64,000 nt of DNA from Octopus vulgaris (lineage: Eukaryota): contig OX597828.1 in assembly GCA_951406725.2 (NCBI GenBank), positions 58,652,001 through 58,716,000 of the forward strand, given 5' to 3'. Position 1 is the stretch's first letter, and the number at the start of each line of letters is the position of its first letter. The notes beneath the pieces were generated by a model, which did no database searches, had not been told where the DNA came from, and saw nothing but the letters and a program-made list of their open reading frames with translations. The translations under genes were made by a program, and so were the position numbers. Below, piece after piece: positions 1-11,641 of this stretch.

Positions 1-154
1 ACTGAGAGAATAAGTACCAGGCTTAATATAAAGTAAGTATTGGAGCTGATCCATTCAGCTAAAATTCTTCGAGGCAGTGACCCAGCATGGATGCACTGAA
101 ACCAGTAAATGATAAAGGACCCTAAAATATGTGAGATGACATCATATAAAAAAA

Positions 155-395
155 AGGAGCACTCCGTCGGTTACGACGACGAGGGTCCCAGCTAATACAA
201 TCAACGGAACAGCCTGCTCATGGAATTAACGTGCAAGTGGCTGAGTATTCCACAGACACGTGTACCCTTAACGTAGTTCACAAGGAGATTCAGCGTGACA
301 CAGAGTGTGACAAAGCTGGCCCTTTGAAATACAGCTACTACTCATTTTTGCCAGCTGAGTGGACTGAAGTAACGTGAAATAAAGTGTCTTGCTCA
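155..395 (-). mobile_element. CORE-type SINE 3' part
   Basis: Shares the gagcaagacactttatttcac core; homologous copy at about 50780-51040(+). Confidence 0.65.
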
Positions 396-953
396 TCATT
401 TACAAGACATCATGATCCAAATGCTCATCATATATAAGACATCATATACAATTTAGGTACAAGTCATATGCACTCACTCTTTTACTTGTTTCAGTCATGT
501 GACTGTGGCCATGCTGGAGCACCGCCTTTAGTTGAGCAAATCGACTCCAGGACTCATTCTCTGCAAGCCCAGTACATATTCTATCGGTCTCTTTTGCCAA
601 ACCGCTAAGTGACGGGGACGTAAACACACCAGCATCGGTTGTCAAGCGATGTTGGGGGGACAAACACAGACACACAAACATATACACACTCACATACATA
701 TATAAGACGGGCTACTTTCAGCTTCCATCTACCAAATCCACTCACAAGGCTTTGGTCACTAGTCTAGAGGCCTAAATCTCATCTATCTACATTGTGGCTC
801 ACTATCAACAAATACTACAGGGTCCAGTGCTCTGATTTTGCTTGGTGGGGGCCTATGGTTCTGCATAGATGGTCCTGGTGGAGTGTAGCTGTAATTTAAA
901 GGTACAACCTTGTTAACACTGTATCATGCTGATTCAGAATTACATTGAAGTTA

Positions 954-1454
954 CCGTAAATCCTCAAGTATAATCTGCATTTTTTTCCCAAAATTTAATG
1001 GTCAAAATCTCTAGTACGAGGTTAAAAATGAGAATTATTTTCTAAGCAATGTCTGAGTCTCTATTTGCTGTCCAGCAATGTTTATTCAGATGCATTTTGT
1101 GATGTTGAGCACGAAAATACCTTAAGCTAAGCCTGAAAGCAATGAAGTCATAAAAGAATCATCCATAATTTGCAATAAGCAACATTTATTAAACGTTATT
1201 ACTGTTATTTCTTTATTTTCTACAAACAAAATGCACAAAAAAGCTACACATTTGCATTATGTAATATATACAATAATAATAAAGTACGATGCCGTATACA
1301 TTTTTACAAACCAAGGACATTATATAGACCTCCTTGACTCAAGTTATAGAAGGGGTGCGTATTTTACGCAAGGTTTAGGTTTTTCAGAGGTACAGCCCCC
1401 TAAAAATCCCCTGCGTATTATACTCAAGGGTGGACTATACTCGAGGATTTACGG
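954..1454. mobile_element. Tc1/pogo-type MITE
   Basis: TIR ccgtaaatcctc(a/g)agtata at both ends, flanked by TA (952-953 and 1455-1456). Confidence 0.85.
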
Positions 1455-2525
1455 TATTTACATTGTGGAATATTCAGTCACTTGCATGCTGATTCAATGA
1501 ACAAGTAGTTCAGCTGATTGAATAACGAAATATTGTTCATCATCAAAGCCAACAGCAATCCAGTTTCATTTTGTAGAGAAGAAGAATGAAAAAATATCAC
1601 AATGCGGAAAGAAGGTGGAAATATATTTATTTGATAGTGAAAAATTGTTTATTTTACAGTTAAAACCTTAAGAGAAACAAACCAATAAGTCGTATCATTA
1701 CCCACTTATGTATTATGGGTTTGTTGACTATTGTATCTTTTCTGGAGAACACTGTAAATATTTCGTTTTTGGATTTGGTTTGCAAGATTCTTTATATGAG
1801 TTCGTGTGTTGAAGCATATTCTGTTGTGTCTGGGGAGAGTCATTTTCTTTTTGTGCCTTATAATATAAACTATTGAAAAGGTTGCAAGATGCAACGAAAA
1901 TTTTAGGAAAATAAAAGTAAGAAAAAAAGTGGAAATTTTACCGGTGGGTGTATTATATTATAAGGCACAAAAAGAAAATGACTCTCCCCAGACACAACTG
2001 TAAATATTTCCTTTCTTTATTTCAAGATAAGTTGTGATTTGAGAGATGTTTAGTCGCTATTTATAGCAGGTTAGGGTATTTATCTTATGTACTGTGTAAA
2101 ATGAATTAGTGTATCTTGTTCCAGTACTTGTAATCCTATGATGGAAACAAGTCATGTGGTCATTCATTTAGCATATAACTAGTCGTCTAGTAATCATATT
2201 TATATTAAGGTCAAGTACTCGAGAATATTCTAGAATATAACAGAAAATCAAATACTAGTAATTTAGGAAACTTTACTTTCAGTATTACTTGTTTATCAGT
2301 GTAATTTCACTTGTATTTTAGACTATGAATGATTCATTGATAAATGATATTAAAAAACAAAAACAAAAGTGTGGTAACAGAGGTGTTGCTGTGGCGTATT
2401 GTTATACTAATGTTACTTGGAATGAGATATGGTGAGTTTGTGGAAAAGCTGCATTGGATTACACCGTTTAAACATGATTTAATTTTGTCACTTTAGGCAT
2501 CAAAAAATCTTCATGCATTACAACA

Positions 2526-2870
2526 TACGAAGGAGAGTCAAAAATTATATTCACTCTCGCTTTTTCAATGGATTTACACAAAAGCAGGGGATAAACATGT
2601 ACTTCGTTTTTCTATATAGTCTCCTTCCTGTTCGATGCATTTGGTCCAGTGGTCCACAGGCTTGCATATTCCTTCTAAGAAGAAGGTTTTTGGTTAGTTG
2701 TGCAACCATCTTTGCACTGCTTCCTTCACATCTTCATCCATAGAAAATCGATGACCTCGTAAACCATTTTTGAACAGTCCAGAGAGGTCTGGGCTGTAGG
2801 CAGGGTATTCCAGCACCTCAAAACTCAATTGGTTAATGGTTTCAACCGTCTGGGCAGCCGTTATTAGCTT
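2526..2870 (-). mobile_element. mariner transposase C-terminal fragment with TIR
   Basis: Minus strand encodes FEVLEYPAYSPDL...LRGHRFSMDEDVKEAVQRW...WTKCIEQEGDYIEK; TIR-like tacgaaggagagtcaaaaattat at 2526. Confidence 0.8.
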
Positions 2871-3103
2871 TTAAGAAAAACCTTTTCCAATGGACATCGC
2901 TGATGGCATGGAAAGAGGAAACTTGCTTGCCTGAGTAACTGCTAGTCTTTTACAATGAAAAATATCTTGGATTAACCTGAACCTATGGCTACATATGTGG
3001 TCAGTTCTAAATAACAGAAACTTCAGAGGGGAAAAACTTGAGTGAGATTAGCCTTATAGTATTGGTCTACTTGTCTGGCCTCTGTCAATATATATATATA
3101 TAT

Positions 3104-3315
3104 AACGGGAAGCTTTATGAAAATAAACAAAAGACGAAGGCAGGTGGAATACAAACAAACAAATGTATTAGTATGGCGTTCAGGAATATAAATAAAACAA
3201 GTCTTTTACGTTTCGAGCCTACGCTCTTCGACAGAAAGATTCACAGAAAAGAAACACGGAGAGAAACAAGGAGAGAAAAAAAATGTGTGCAGAAGCTAGC
3301 GAATCAACATGGCGA
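3104..3315 (-). mobile_element. Short non-autonomous element with minimal type I hammerhead ribozyme (Penelope pLTR / retrozyme-like)
   Basis: Minus strand 3239-3202 reads UCUUU-CUGUCGA-A-GAGC-GUAG-GCUC-GAAA-CGUA-AAAGA. Inserted in (TA)n. Homologous copies at 43466, 52978 and 53922. Confidence 0.75.
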
Positions 3316-3989
3316 TATTTTTATATATACGTAACTGCACATGGATTGTTTGTGACTTTCCATTATTTTTCCTCCTTTCTCTTTGGACTTTTCTCAATCT
3401 GATAAAGAGCTATGCTTGAAACATTAACAGCTCTCTCTTTTCACCGAGCATCAAATTAATATATTTCTTGTGCATGTCCTCATGTTCATTTTTTCTGTTT
3501 TTCTATTTTCCAATTGTTTGTTCTTTGAATTGACTATATACACACTGAAGTATACCGACAATTTGAGAAAGAAAGCAGTGAACTTAGGCTTTTAGTTGCT
3601 CACAATCCGACCAGTTCTAGAAAACAATATACACACTTTAATTTATACTTATTCAGTAAGATACAAATATACACCATTAATATCCAGCACAAGTCCACAT
3701 ACTTAAACAAAAGAAGAGTCTACATATCTAAACAAATGAACCAATATATTCACTTTCCATTCACTTTTACTTTCCATTTAATATTCTAATAAACACTTTA
3801 TCATGATTTAAATGCACAAACTCAGATAAAACAGGTTAAAATTTTATGGCTGTTTTAGGTAATCAAACAGCTGTATCTTAGAACTATAAAATACATCGGA
3901 ATGCCTTTCTACAATCTACATAATTACATAAAATCACAACACACACACGTACACACGTATCTTGGTTGTCAATTGATCTCTGATGAAGA

Positions 3990-4710
3990 CATGGTCTGTG
4001 GTCTCAGCAGTCAGTAGTGGGAACACATGTGACTCTGCAGTCCAAAGCCAGAAGTACACAGGCGCCTGAAGGTTGGACACTGGTAGTCTGTGATCAGAAC
4101 TGAGGATGATGTGGCCCTGTGACACCTGTCTCTTACCTCAAAGGCAGCTAAAAGCAGTGTTGGTGATTGACCTCCAGGTAGCCGAGTTTGCAACGCTTGG
4201 TACCACACCACTTTAGGTTGCCCTTAAGGGTGTCCTTACACCTCAACTTGGGTCTTCTTTGTTACCTTGTGCCTTCCTTCAGCTCACCGCACATCAGCTG
4301 TCTGGGGATGTGACGGTCATTCATTCTGATGACGTGGCTGGTCCAGTGTAACTGAGCTTTGACCAGAAGTGCCTCGACACTTGTGGACTCTGCTCTGCCT
4401 AGTACTTCTTGATTGGAGACTCAGTCCTGCCAGTGAATGCCCATGATTGTGTGCAGTGATCTTATATGGAACTGCTTGATGTGCCAGCAGTATGGGGTCC
4501 ATGTTTCACAACAATACAGCAGCATGGAAAGAACAACAACTTTGTACGTCTCGAGTTTCGTGGACAGCTGCACGCTTTTCTGTTGTAATATTTTGACTCT
4601 TGCGTCTACCAAGTGTTTGGTTGGCTGCTGCATTGCAAGACACAGCTGTGATGGTTCTGCCAGTTGGTGTAGTATTATATCCTCCGTCTCCAAATACCAT
4701 GGTACTGCCA
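3990..4710 (-). mobile_element. RTE-BovB-type LINE 3' fragment, decayed
   Basis: KLETYKVVVLSMLLYCCETW...FHIRSLHTIMGIHWQD...RRPKLRCKDTLK, and a decayed C-terminal C2H2-like YQCPTFRRLCTSGFGLQSHMCSH. Confidence 0.82.
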
Positions 4711-7341
4711 TGATATTATGACAGCTGGTTTAGAAATTATGACAGATGGTTTAGATGTTACACTGTACCAGTGTTGTAACAGTAAACAAGATAAATGATG
4801 CATCTGTAATAACAACGTAACCATCCAACAATCTCTTCACAAACCAACAATCAATATTCCAATGAACTGACCGACACCTTCCAACTTTATTGCAAACTCA
4901 ACTTGAACTAACACACAAACTTCACTCTGGCTGCTACGATTTATAATCTATTTCTTGCAAGGGGGCATTTGTAACTCTCATCATAGCACCTTGGACAAGT
5001 CTTTTACTATAGCCTCGGGCCGATTAAAGTCTTGTGAGAAGATTTGGTAGACAGAAACTGAAAGAAGCCCATCGTATATATATATATATATATCTATATG
5101 TGTGTCTGTATTTCTGTATCTGTCCCCCCACCACTGCTTCTCAACTGGTGTTAGTGTGTTTACATCCCTGTAACTTAATGGTTTGGCAAAAGAGCCTGAT
5201 AGAATAAGTACTAGGCTTACAAAGAATAAGTGCTGGGGTCAATTTATTTGACTAGAAAAACCCTTTAAAGAGGTGCTCCAGCATGGCTGCAGTCAAAAGA
5301 CCGAAACAAGTAAAAGAATAAAAGAATAGTGATTTTACTTAGTCTTGCATTGAGAAGATTATCTCTATCGTTACCTTGTCAAGTTTACTCTTCATCCTTT
5401 TCATATAAGTAGCTTGCTTTGCTACCACATGGTTGTTGGTTCAATCCCACTTCATGGCACCTTCAGCAAATGTCTTCTATTACAGCCCCAGACTGACCAA
5501 TGCCTTATGAGTGAATTTGGAAGATGAAAACTATGAGGAAGCTTGTCGTACTTATCTGTGCTTGTGTGTGTGTGTGTGTGTGCATGTTTATATGTGTTGT
5601 ATATACATATCTATGTATGTGTGTGTGTGTCTGTGCTTGTTTGTGTGTGTTGTGTATGCATATTTGTGTATGTGTGTTCATGTGTGTCTGTGTATGTGTG
5701 TGTCTGTGCATGTTTATATGTGTTTATGTGATGTGTGTTGTAGGTTCATATTTATGTATGTGTGTGTGTGTGCGTATTTGTGTGCATGTTTGTGTTTGTC
5801 CCCACACCTTACTTGACAATAGATGCCAGGGGACTTAAACAAAGTCCCCATAACTTAATGGTTGGGCAAACGCACCAGACTTAAAAATTAGTACTGGTGT
5901 CAATCTATTCAACAAAACCCTTCAAAGTAGTGCCCCAGCATGGCCACAGTCCATGATTAAAACAAGAAAAGGACTTATATTTTTTTACTCTTTTATTTAT
6001 TTCAGTTATTTGTCTGCGGCCTTGCTGGAGCACCACCCACCTTGAAGGGTCTTAGCCTAACAAATCAACCCCAGAACCTATTATTTTAAAGCCTAGTACA
6101 TATTCTATTGGTCTTTTTTGCTGATCTGCTAAGTTACAGGGATATAAGCATACCAATAAGTGGTGATAGGAAGACAAACACACATAGATATATACGATAT
6201 ATGATGGGCTTCTTTCAGTTTCCATCAACCAAATCCATTCACAAGACTTTGGTTGGCCTGAGGCTATAGTAGAAGACACTTACTGAAGGTCCCATGCAGT
6301 AGGACTGAACCTGGAACCATGTGGTTGGGAAGCAAGCTTCTCACCAGAGGGCCATGTCTTATACTTGCTGTTGTAGATCTAAGAAAACTGAAATATGTTC
6401 ATTGCTTTTCATGTGTTGGTTTTTCGCAGACATGGTTCCCTTCCATACAAAATGTTCTATACTTTCAAAAATATATATAGGTGCAAGTGTGGCTGTGTGG
6501 TAAGAAGCTTGCTTCCCAAACACATGGTTCCAGGTTCAGTCCTACTGTGTGGCACCTTGGGCAAGTGCCTTCTACTATAGCCTCAGACTGACCAAAGCTT
6601 TGTGAGTGGATTTGGTTGATGGAAACTGAAAGAAGCATGTTGTATATACATAGTAGAAAACACTCGCCCAAGGTGCCATACAGTAGGAGTGAACCCAGAA
6701 CCATGTGGTTGGAAAGCAAACTTCTTACCTCGGTCACGTCTGTGTCTGGGAATTTCTTTATGGAGATGCCACCTGTCTTCTTTAGTGTCACTTTGTTTAG
6801 ATATAAACTTCCACAAACAAAATACAGAGTTATAAATAATGATGATTTTTTTTATACATCACATTGAAGGTAAAGAAAAACAACAGAAATATTACGAATG
6901 ACAAAATCCGGCCGTTTTGTTTTTTGTGAGTGGGAGAGATGATTGTAGTTGTAGAGATAAGTATTAAGTTTTTAGGAAACATCTTTCGATTGCCATTTTC
7001 TTGTCAATTACACATATCTATTCAAATATCAAAAACATGGGCCTTCCTCTATGTTTGTACAAAAACGAATACACAAACGCACGCGCACAATACAAATCAG
7101 CGGTCATAGAATTAATTCACGGAAATGGCTTTACATAAACTCATGCTGTTACATTTGCGCAAAAGTACACAGAGAGGGAGAGGGGAAGGGAGAAGAGGTG
7201 AGTAACAACAACAACAACAACAATGATGATAATAATAATAATAATAATAATAATATTGACTTGAATGACTAAGTCTGTCTCTTGCTTGTTATCTTCTAAT
7301 CTATGCTATTTCACTGGTTGAAAGACACAATATGGACTTAC

Positions 7342-7569
7342 GAAATCTTGATTGACAATAATTGTTGTTGTTGTTGTTGTTGTTGTATTGACATCGTCAT
7401 AATCACTATCGGTTTCATTTTTCTTTCCCCCTAATATCGATATCAAGGCTGTTGTAATTGTCGTGGTTGTTGTGGTTAACAGACTACATGAATGAATGGT
7501 AACACACCACCTGTTACCATCCATTTGTGTCTCATATCGAACAGAACATCTCTCACTCTCCACGCAGTT
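7342..7569 (-). CDS. Putative exon of an unidentified minus-strand gene (Thr-rich)
   Basis: On the minus strand: (CT)n tract + caaacag| acceptor, 76 open codons (NCVESERCSVRYETQMDGNRW...IIVNQDF), then a perfect |gtaagt donor; ATG at 7524. No partner exons or homology recognised. Confidence 0.3.
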
Positions 7570-7591
7570 CTGTTTGAGAGAGGTTGAAACA

Positions 7592-7686
<95 letters not shown>

Positions 7687-7899
7687 TAAAGCTTTAATTG
7701 TTGTAAATATTTTCGCCATTACTCAACTGATTGCTGGTGATAATGACACGGACACCTTCTTCCGACTGTCACCCTAACCGCTAATTAATGATGACGACAA
7801 GAAATCACCGGATCATCAAATGCTTCTTAAATGCTATGCACTTCTGTGTCGGGCACCACCTTATTTATCAGTTTATCTGTTTATTTATTTGTTTATCTA

Positions 7900-8290
7900 T
7901 CTGAGCTGGCAGAAACGTTAGCGCGCCGGACGAAATGCTTAGCGGTATTTCGTCTGCAGTTACGTTCTGAGTTCAAATTCCGCCGAGGTCGACTTTGCCT
8001 TTCATCCTTTCGGGGTCGATAAATTAAGTACCAGTTACGCACTGGGGTCGATGTAATCGACTCAATCCCTTTGTCTCTCCTTGTTTGTCCCCTTGTGGGT
8101 AGTAAAGAAATAGCTATTTCGTCTGCCGCTACGTTTTGAGTTCAAATTCCGCCGAGGTCGAGTTTGCCTTTCATCCTTTCGGGGTCGATTAAATAAGTAC
8201 CAGTTACGCACTGGGGTCGATGTAATCAACTTTGTCTGTCTTTGTTTGTCCTCTCTTTGTTTAGCCCCTTGTGGGCAATAAAGAAATCTA
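7900..8290 (+). mobile_element. tRNA-derived SINE family B (Meta/MESC-domain-like), internally duplicated
   Basis: gagttcaaattcc B-box + gcctttcatcctttcggggtcgataaattaagtacc domain, present twice. Other copies at about 14610-14810(-), 15250-15470(-), 33430-33635(-), 55450-55840(+) and 57462-57660(-). Confidence 0.78.
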
Positions 8291-9072
8291 TCTATCTATC
8301 CATCTACTTATTGTCCTTTTAGCTTTCTATAATAATCCAATTTGCCTTTACATAAATATTTAGTCAACTTGGTATTTATCTGGTACCTCTTTTTTTATTG
8401 ACATTGAAATGATGAAAAGCAACATTGATCTCATCAGGATTTGAACTCAGATGAAAAGGGTTTGTTCCTTCTCGAGCCACGCCTGGCTCATAAGAGCCAG
8501 TTTCCCGGTTTCCTTGGCGTATAGGTTCCCCACCTGGATGGGACGCCGGTCTGTCGCAGGTGAGCTGCAAGATGCAGGAGGAAAGAGTGAGAGAAAGTTG
8601 TGGCGAAAGAGTCAGCAGAACACCGTCTTGAAATTCCACCAAACACACAGCATGACCTTCTGTTCAAATTGACCTTGTTTGCCAACAGATTCTGAATTCT
8701 TCCTGAAATTAGAATTTTGATTTAGATAGGCAAATGTATATTTGTATGTGTGTGCGTTTCTTCTTGACTTTGTTAGGGCCTAAGGAAGGAGGGAAAATTG
8801 TAGAGTCAAAAATATGTTGAAGGTGATTCACTTGATTTTAACTGCCCCTTCTTTTATTTATGACTTCCATACTTGGCTAATGAAACCTATATTGCAAACA
8901 ATACCAACATTTGTACCGTTTTGTCTTTTACTCACTTTTGTTTTTAGACTATAGCAATGCAGGGACAGTGTCTTGATGGGTTTTAGCAGAAAGAATCAGC
9001 CCTGGAACATTTTTATTTAAACCTGGTACATCTTGTATGAGTTTCATATACTGAACCACTAAGTTAGTATTT

Positions 9073-10161
9073 CTGGGTCATCCCATAAATAATGTGTTTT
9101 TTTTTTCAATTGCAAGAACTAAAAGTCAGAGGGGGATTGCATAAACTACCTGTGTTAACTTGCTATAAAAGCAGGTAGTAATTTTACCTTGTCCTTACTC
9201 TTAGTGCAAATTTTGAAGAGGGCAGATCGATTTTAACAGTTATTTCTTCAAAGCTATAATGGAAGTGACAAAGGAGAATATTCAACATATTTTGCTTTAT
9301 GAGTTCAATAAAGGAAACGATGCAACAGAAAGTGCAACAGATATTAATGCAGTATATGGGGATTGGACAATAAGTGTAAGCCAGTGTCAACGATGATTCC
9401 AGATATTCCAAGCCAGAAACTACAGCCTGGAAGATGAACCTTGTCCTGGAAGATCTGTAGAGCTTGACGAGGATGTCCTGCAAACCCTGGTGGAACGAAA
9501 TCCCATTGTAATTATTGAAGAACCAGCAGAGAAACCTGGATTTGGTTATTCAATCATTCATCAACACCTGTGTGCCATCAGAAAAGTCAGCAAATTGGGT
9601 CATTGGATTCCTCACAAACTTTCCGAGTCTGATTATGCACAGAAAGTGAATGTGTGCTCTGTTTTGATGTCACGTCTCATGAATGAACCTTTTCTGGACT
9701 GGTGACGGGAAATGGGTTCTCTATAAAAATGTCAAATGCCGAAGACAGTGGGTAGGGAATTGAGAAACCCGGGCACTTCAGACTAAAGAAGGTCTTTGCC
9801 CACGGATGGTGTTGTTATCTGTTTGGTGGGATATGAAAGGTTTAATCCACTTTAAACTTTTAAACCCAAATCAAACAATAACAAAGGAGATTTGATTATC
9901 ATTTATTCCACAGTCTTCAAAATCATTTGGACAGAAAAGATATGAATTCTGTAGACAAAGGCAGAACAATACTGGAGCAGTATTTTTCATCATAGACAAG
10001 TGAATTTTTGAAGAGGAGCCTTGCAAGTCTATCAGACAGATGGAAGAGCATTGTAGAAAATGAAGGATAGTATATTTTAGATTAAAAAAGAACTTTGTTT
10101 ATCTTATTTTTGAAAAATAAAAGAAGTATAAAAAACTACATTATTTATGAGATGACTCAAT
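9073..10161 (+). mobile_element. mariner DNA transposon, internally deleted and decayed
   Basis: TIRs tgggtcatcccataaataatg / cattatttatgagatgactca. Transposase remnant from ATG 9259: ILLYEFNKG...SLEDEPCPGR...GHWIPHKL (WVPHEL motif), with stops. Interrupts a SINE. Confidence 0.88.
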
Positions 10162-10207
10162 ATATAAACAAACACCACTTGTCAAGCATCAGTGAGAGAT
10201 AAACTCA

Positions 10208-10284
<77 letters not shown>

Positions 10285-10854
10285 TCATGTGCCACACTTC
10301 TTTCAGTTTCCTTCTAGAAAATCCACTCACAAAGTTTTGGTCCACTCAGCACTGTTATAGTAGAAGACACTGCATTGAATTCAGAAACATGTGGTCAGAA
10401 AGGTAACTTCTCACCACACAGCCTCACCTGTACTCAGAAGTAATTTACAAACAATTGGAAGTATTTAAACGTAAGAGCTTCAAACATGCACACATACATT
10501 TAAAGTGTGACTTCAAAACCAGCCAGTACAGTTCATGTGTCAACACATCTAAAAGTCATGATATTCTACTTACAAAAGAAAAACAATGGATCTCTCTTTC
10601 TTTGTGTCATTTGCCTTGGTTTTCTACACCAATGAGTGCTTGCTCTGAAATCACTGCATTAATTACCTAAGCATTAAATTAAACAGGATATTATCACACC
10701 ACTCTGTTCAAACAGTTAAAAAGAACCTAACATTGTCTGTAATTAATTATTTGTTTATAAACATCCCTAAAATTTTCTGAAAAATGGTGGAGAAATTATT
10801 TATGTATAATAGGTGCAGGTGTTGTTGTGTGTTTATGAGACTCAATGATGTGAG

Positions 10855-10981
10855 CTCAGGATGAGTCTCGCTGCATGTAGCACCGTGGGCAAGTGACCTC
10901 AGGATGAGTCTCGCTGCATGTAGCACCGTGGGCAAGTGACCTCAGGATGAGTCTCGCTGCATGTAGCACCGTGGGCAAGTG
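10855..10981 (+). repeat. 3 x 43-bp tandem repeat within a SINE head
   Basis: ctcaggatgagtctcgctgcatgtagcaccgtgggcaagtg(ac) starts at 10855, 10898 and 10941. Confidence 0.95.
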
Positions 10982-11181
10982 TCTTCTGCTATAGTTCCAG
11001 GTTAACCAAAACCTTGTGAATGGATTTGGTAGACAGAAAACTGAAAGAATCCTCATATATCTATATCTATATATATATATATACACACACTGTAGATGTC
11101 CTGTCAATATGTGACTGCGTGTGTATTGTTGGCGATTTTCTTTCTCCGTCTTCCCTTCCTTGGGCTTTTCCTTTTTTCTAT

Positions 11182-11216
11182 ACTTCTGATGAAGAGCTCT
11201 ACTCAAAACGTTAAGT
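11182..11216 (+). ncRNA. Degenerate minimal hammerhead ribozyme in a short repeat (about 11090-11305)
   Basis: ACUU-CUGAUGA-A-GAG-CUCUA-CUC-AAAA-CGUU-AAGU; G12 is mutated to A. Related decayed copies at about 3340-3535 and 44395-44500. Confidence 0.6.
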
Positions 11217-11304
11217 CCTCCTTCTTTCTTTCCTTTCCTGAGCGTCCAATAACACTTTGCTTGTTCCACGTCCTCACATTGTTGTGTTTTCTCTTTGTTC
11301 ATGT

Positions 11305-11641
11305 TTGCCAGCTCTGTCTGGCCCCGTGTCGGTGGCACGTAAAAGCACCATCCGTTCGTGTCCGTTGCCAGCATCGCCTGGCCCCGTGCCGGTGACACGT
11401 AAAAGCACCATCCGTTCGAGGCCATTTGCCAGCTCTGTCTGGCACCTGTGCAGGTGGCACGTAAAAAACACCCACTACACTCGCGGAGTGGTTGGCGTTA
11501 GGAAGGGCATCCAGCCGTAGAAACACTGCCAGATCTGACTGGGCCTGACGAAGCCTTCCAGCTTCACAGACCCCAGTTGACCCGTCCAACCCATGCTAGC
11601 ATGGAAAGCGGACGCTAAATGATGATGATGATGATGATGAT
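11305..11641 (+). mobile_element. RTE 3'-UTR fragment with (GAT)n tail
   Basis: Same 3' end as 14170-14598 (ggcgttaggaagggcatccagc...catgctagcatggaaagcggacg + GAT tail). Confidence 0.85.

Noticed and set aside
4756-4975. TGTTACA...TGTAAC solo-LTR-like segment
   Set aside because: Imperfect terminus, no TSD and no second copy in the window.
8622-8705. Minus-strand acceptor followed by KVMLCVWWNF
   Set aside because: A mariner transposase motif fragment, not a host exon.
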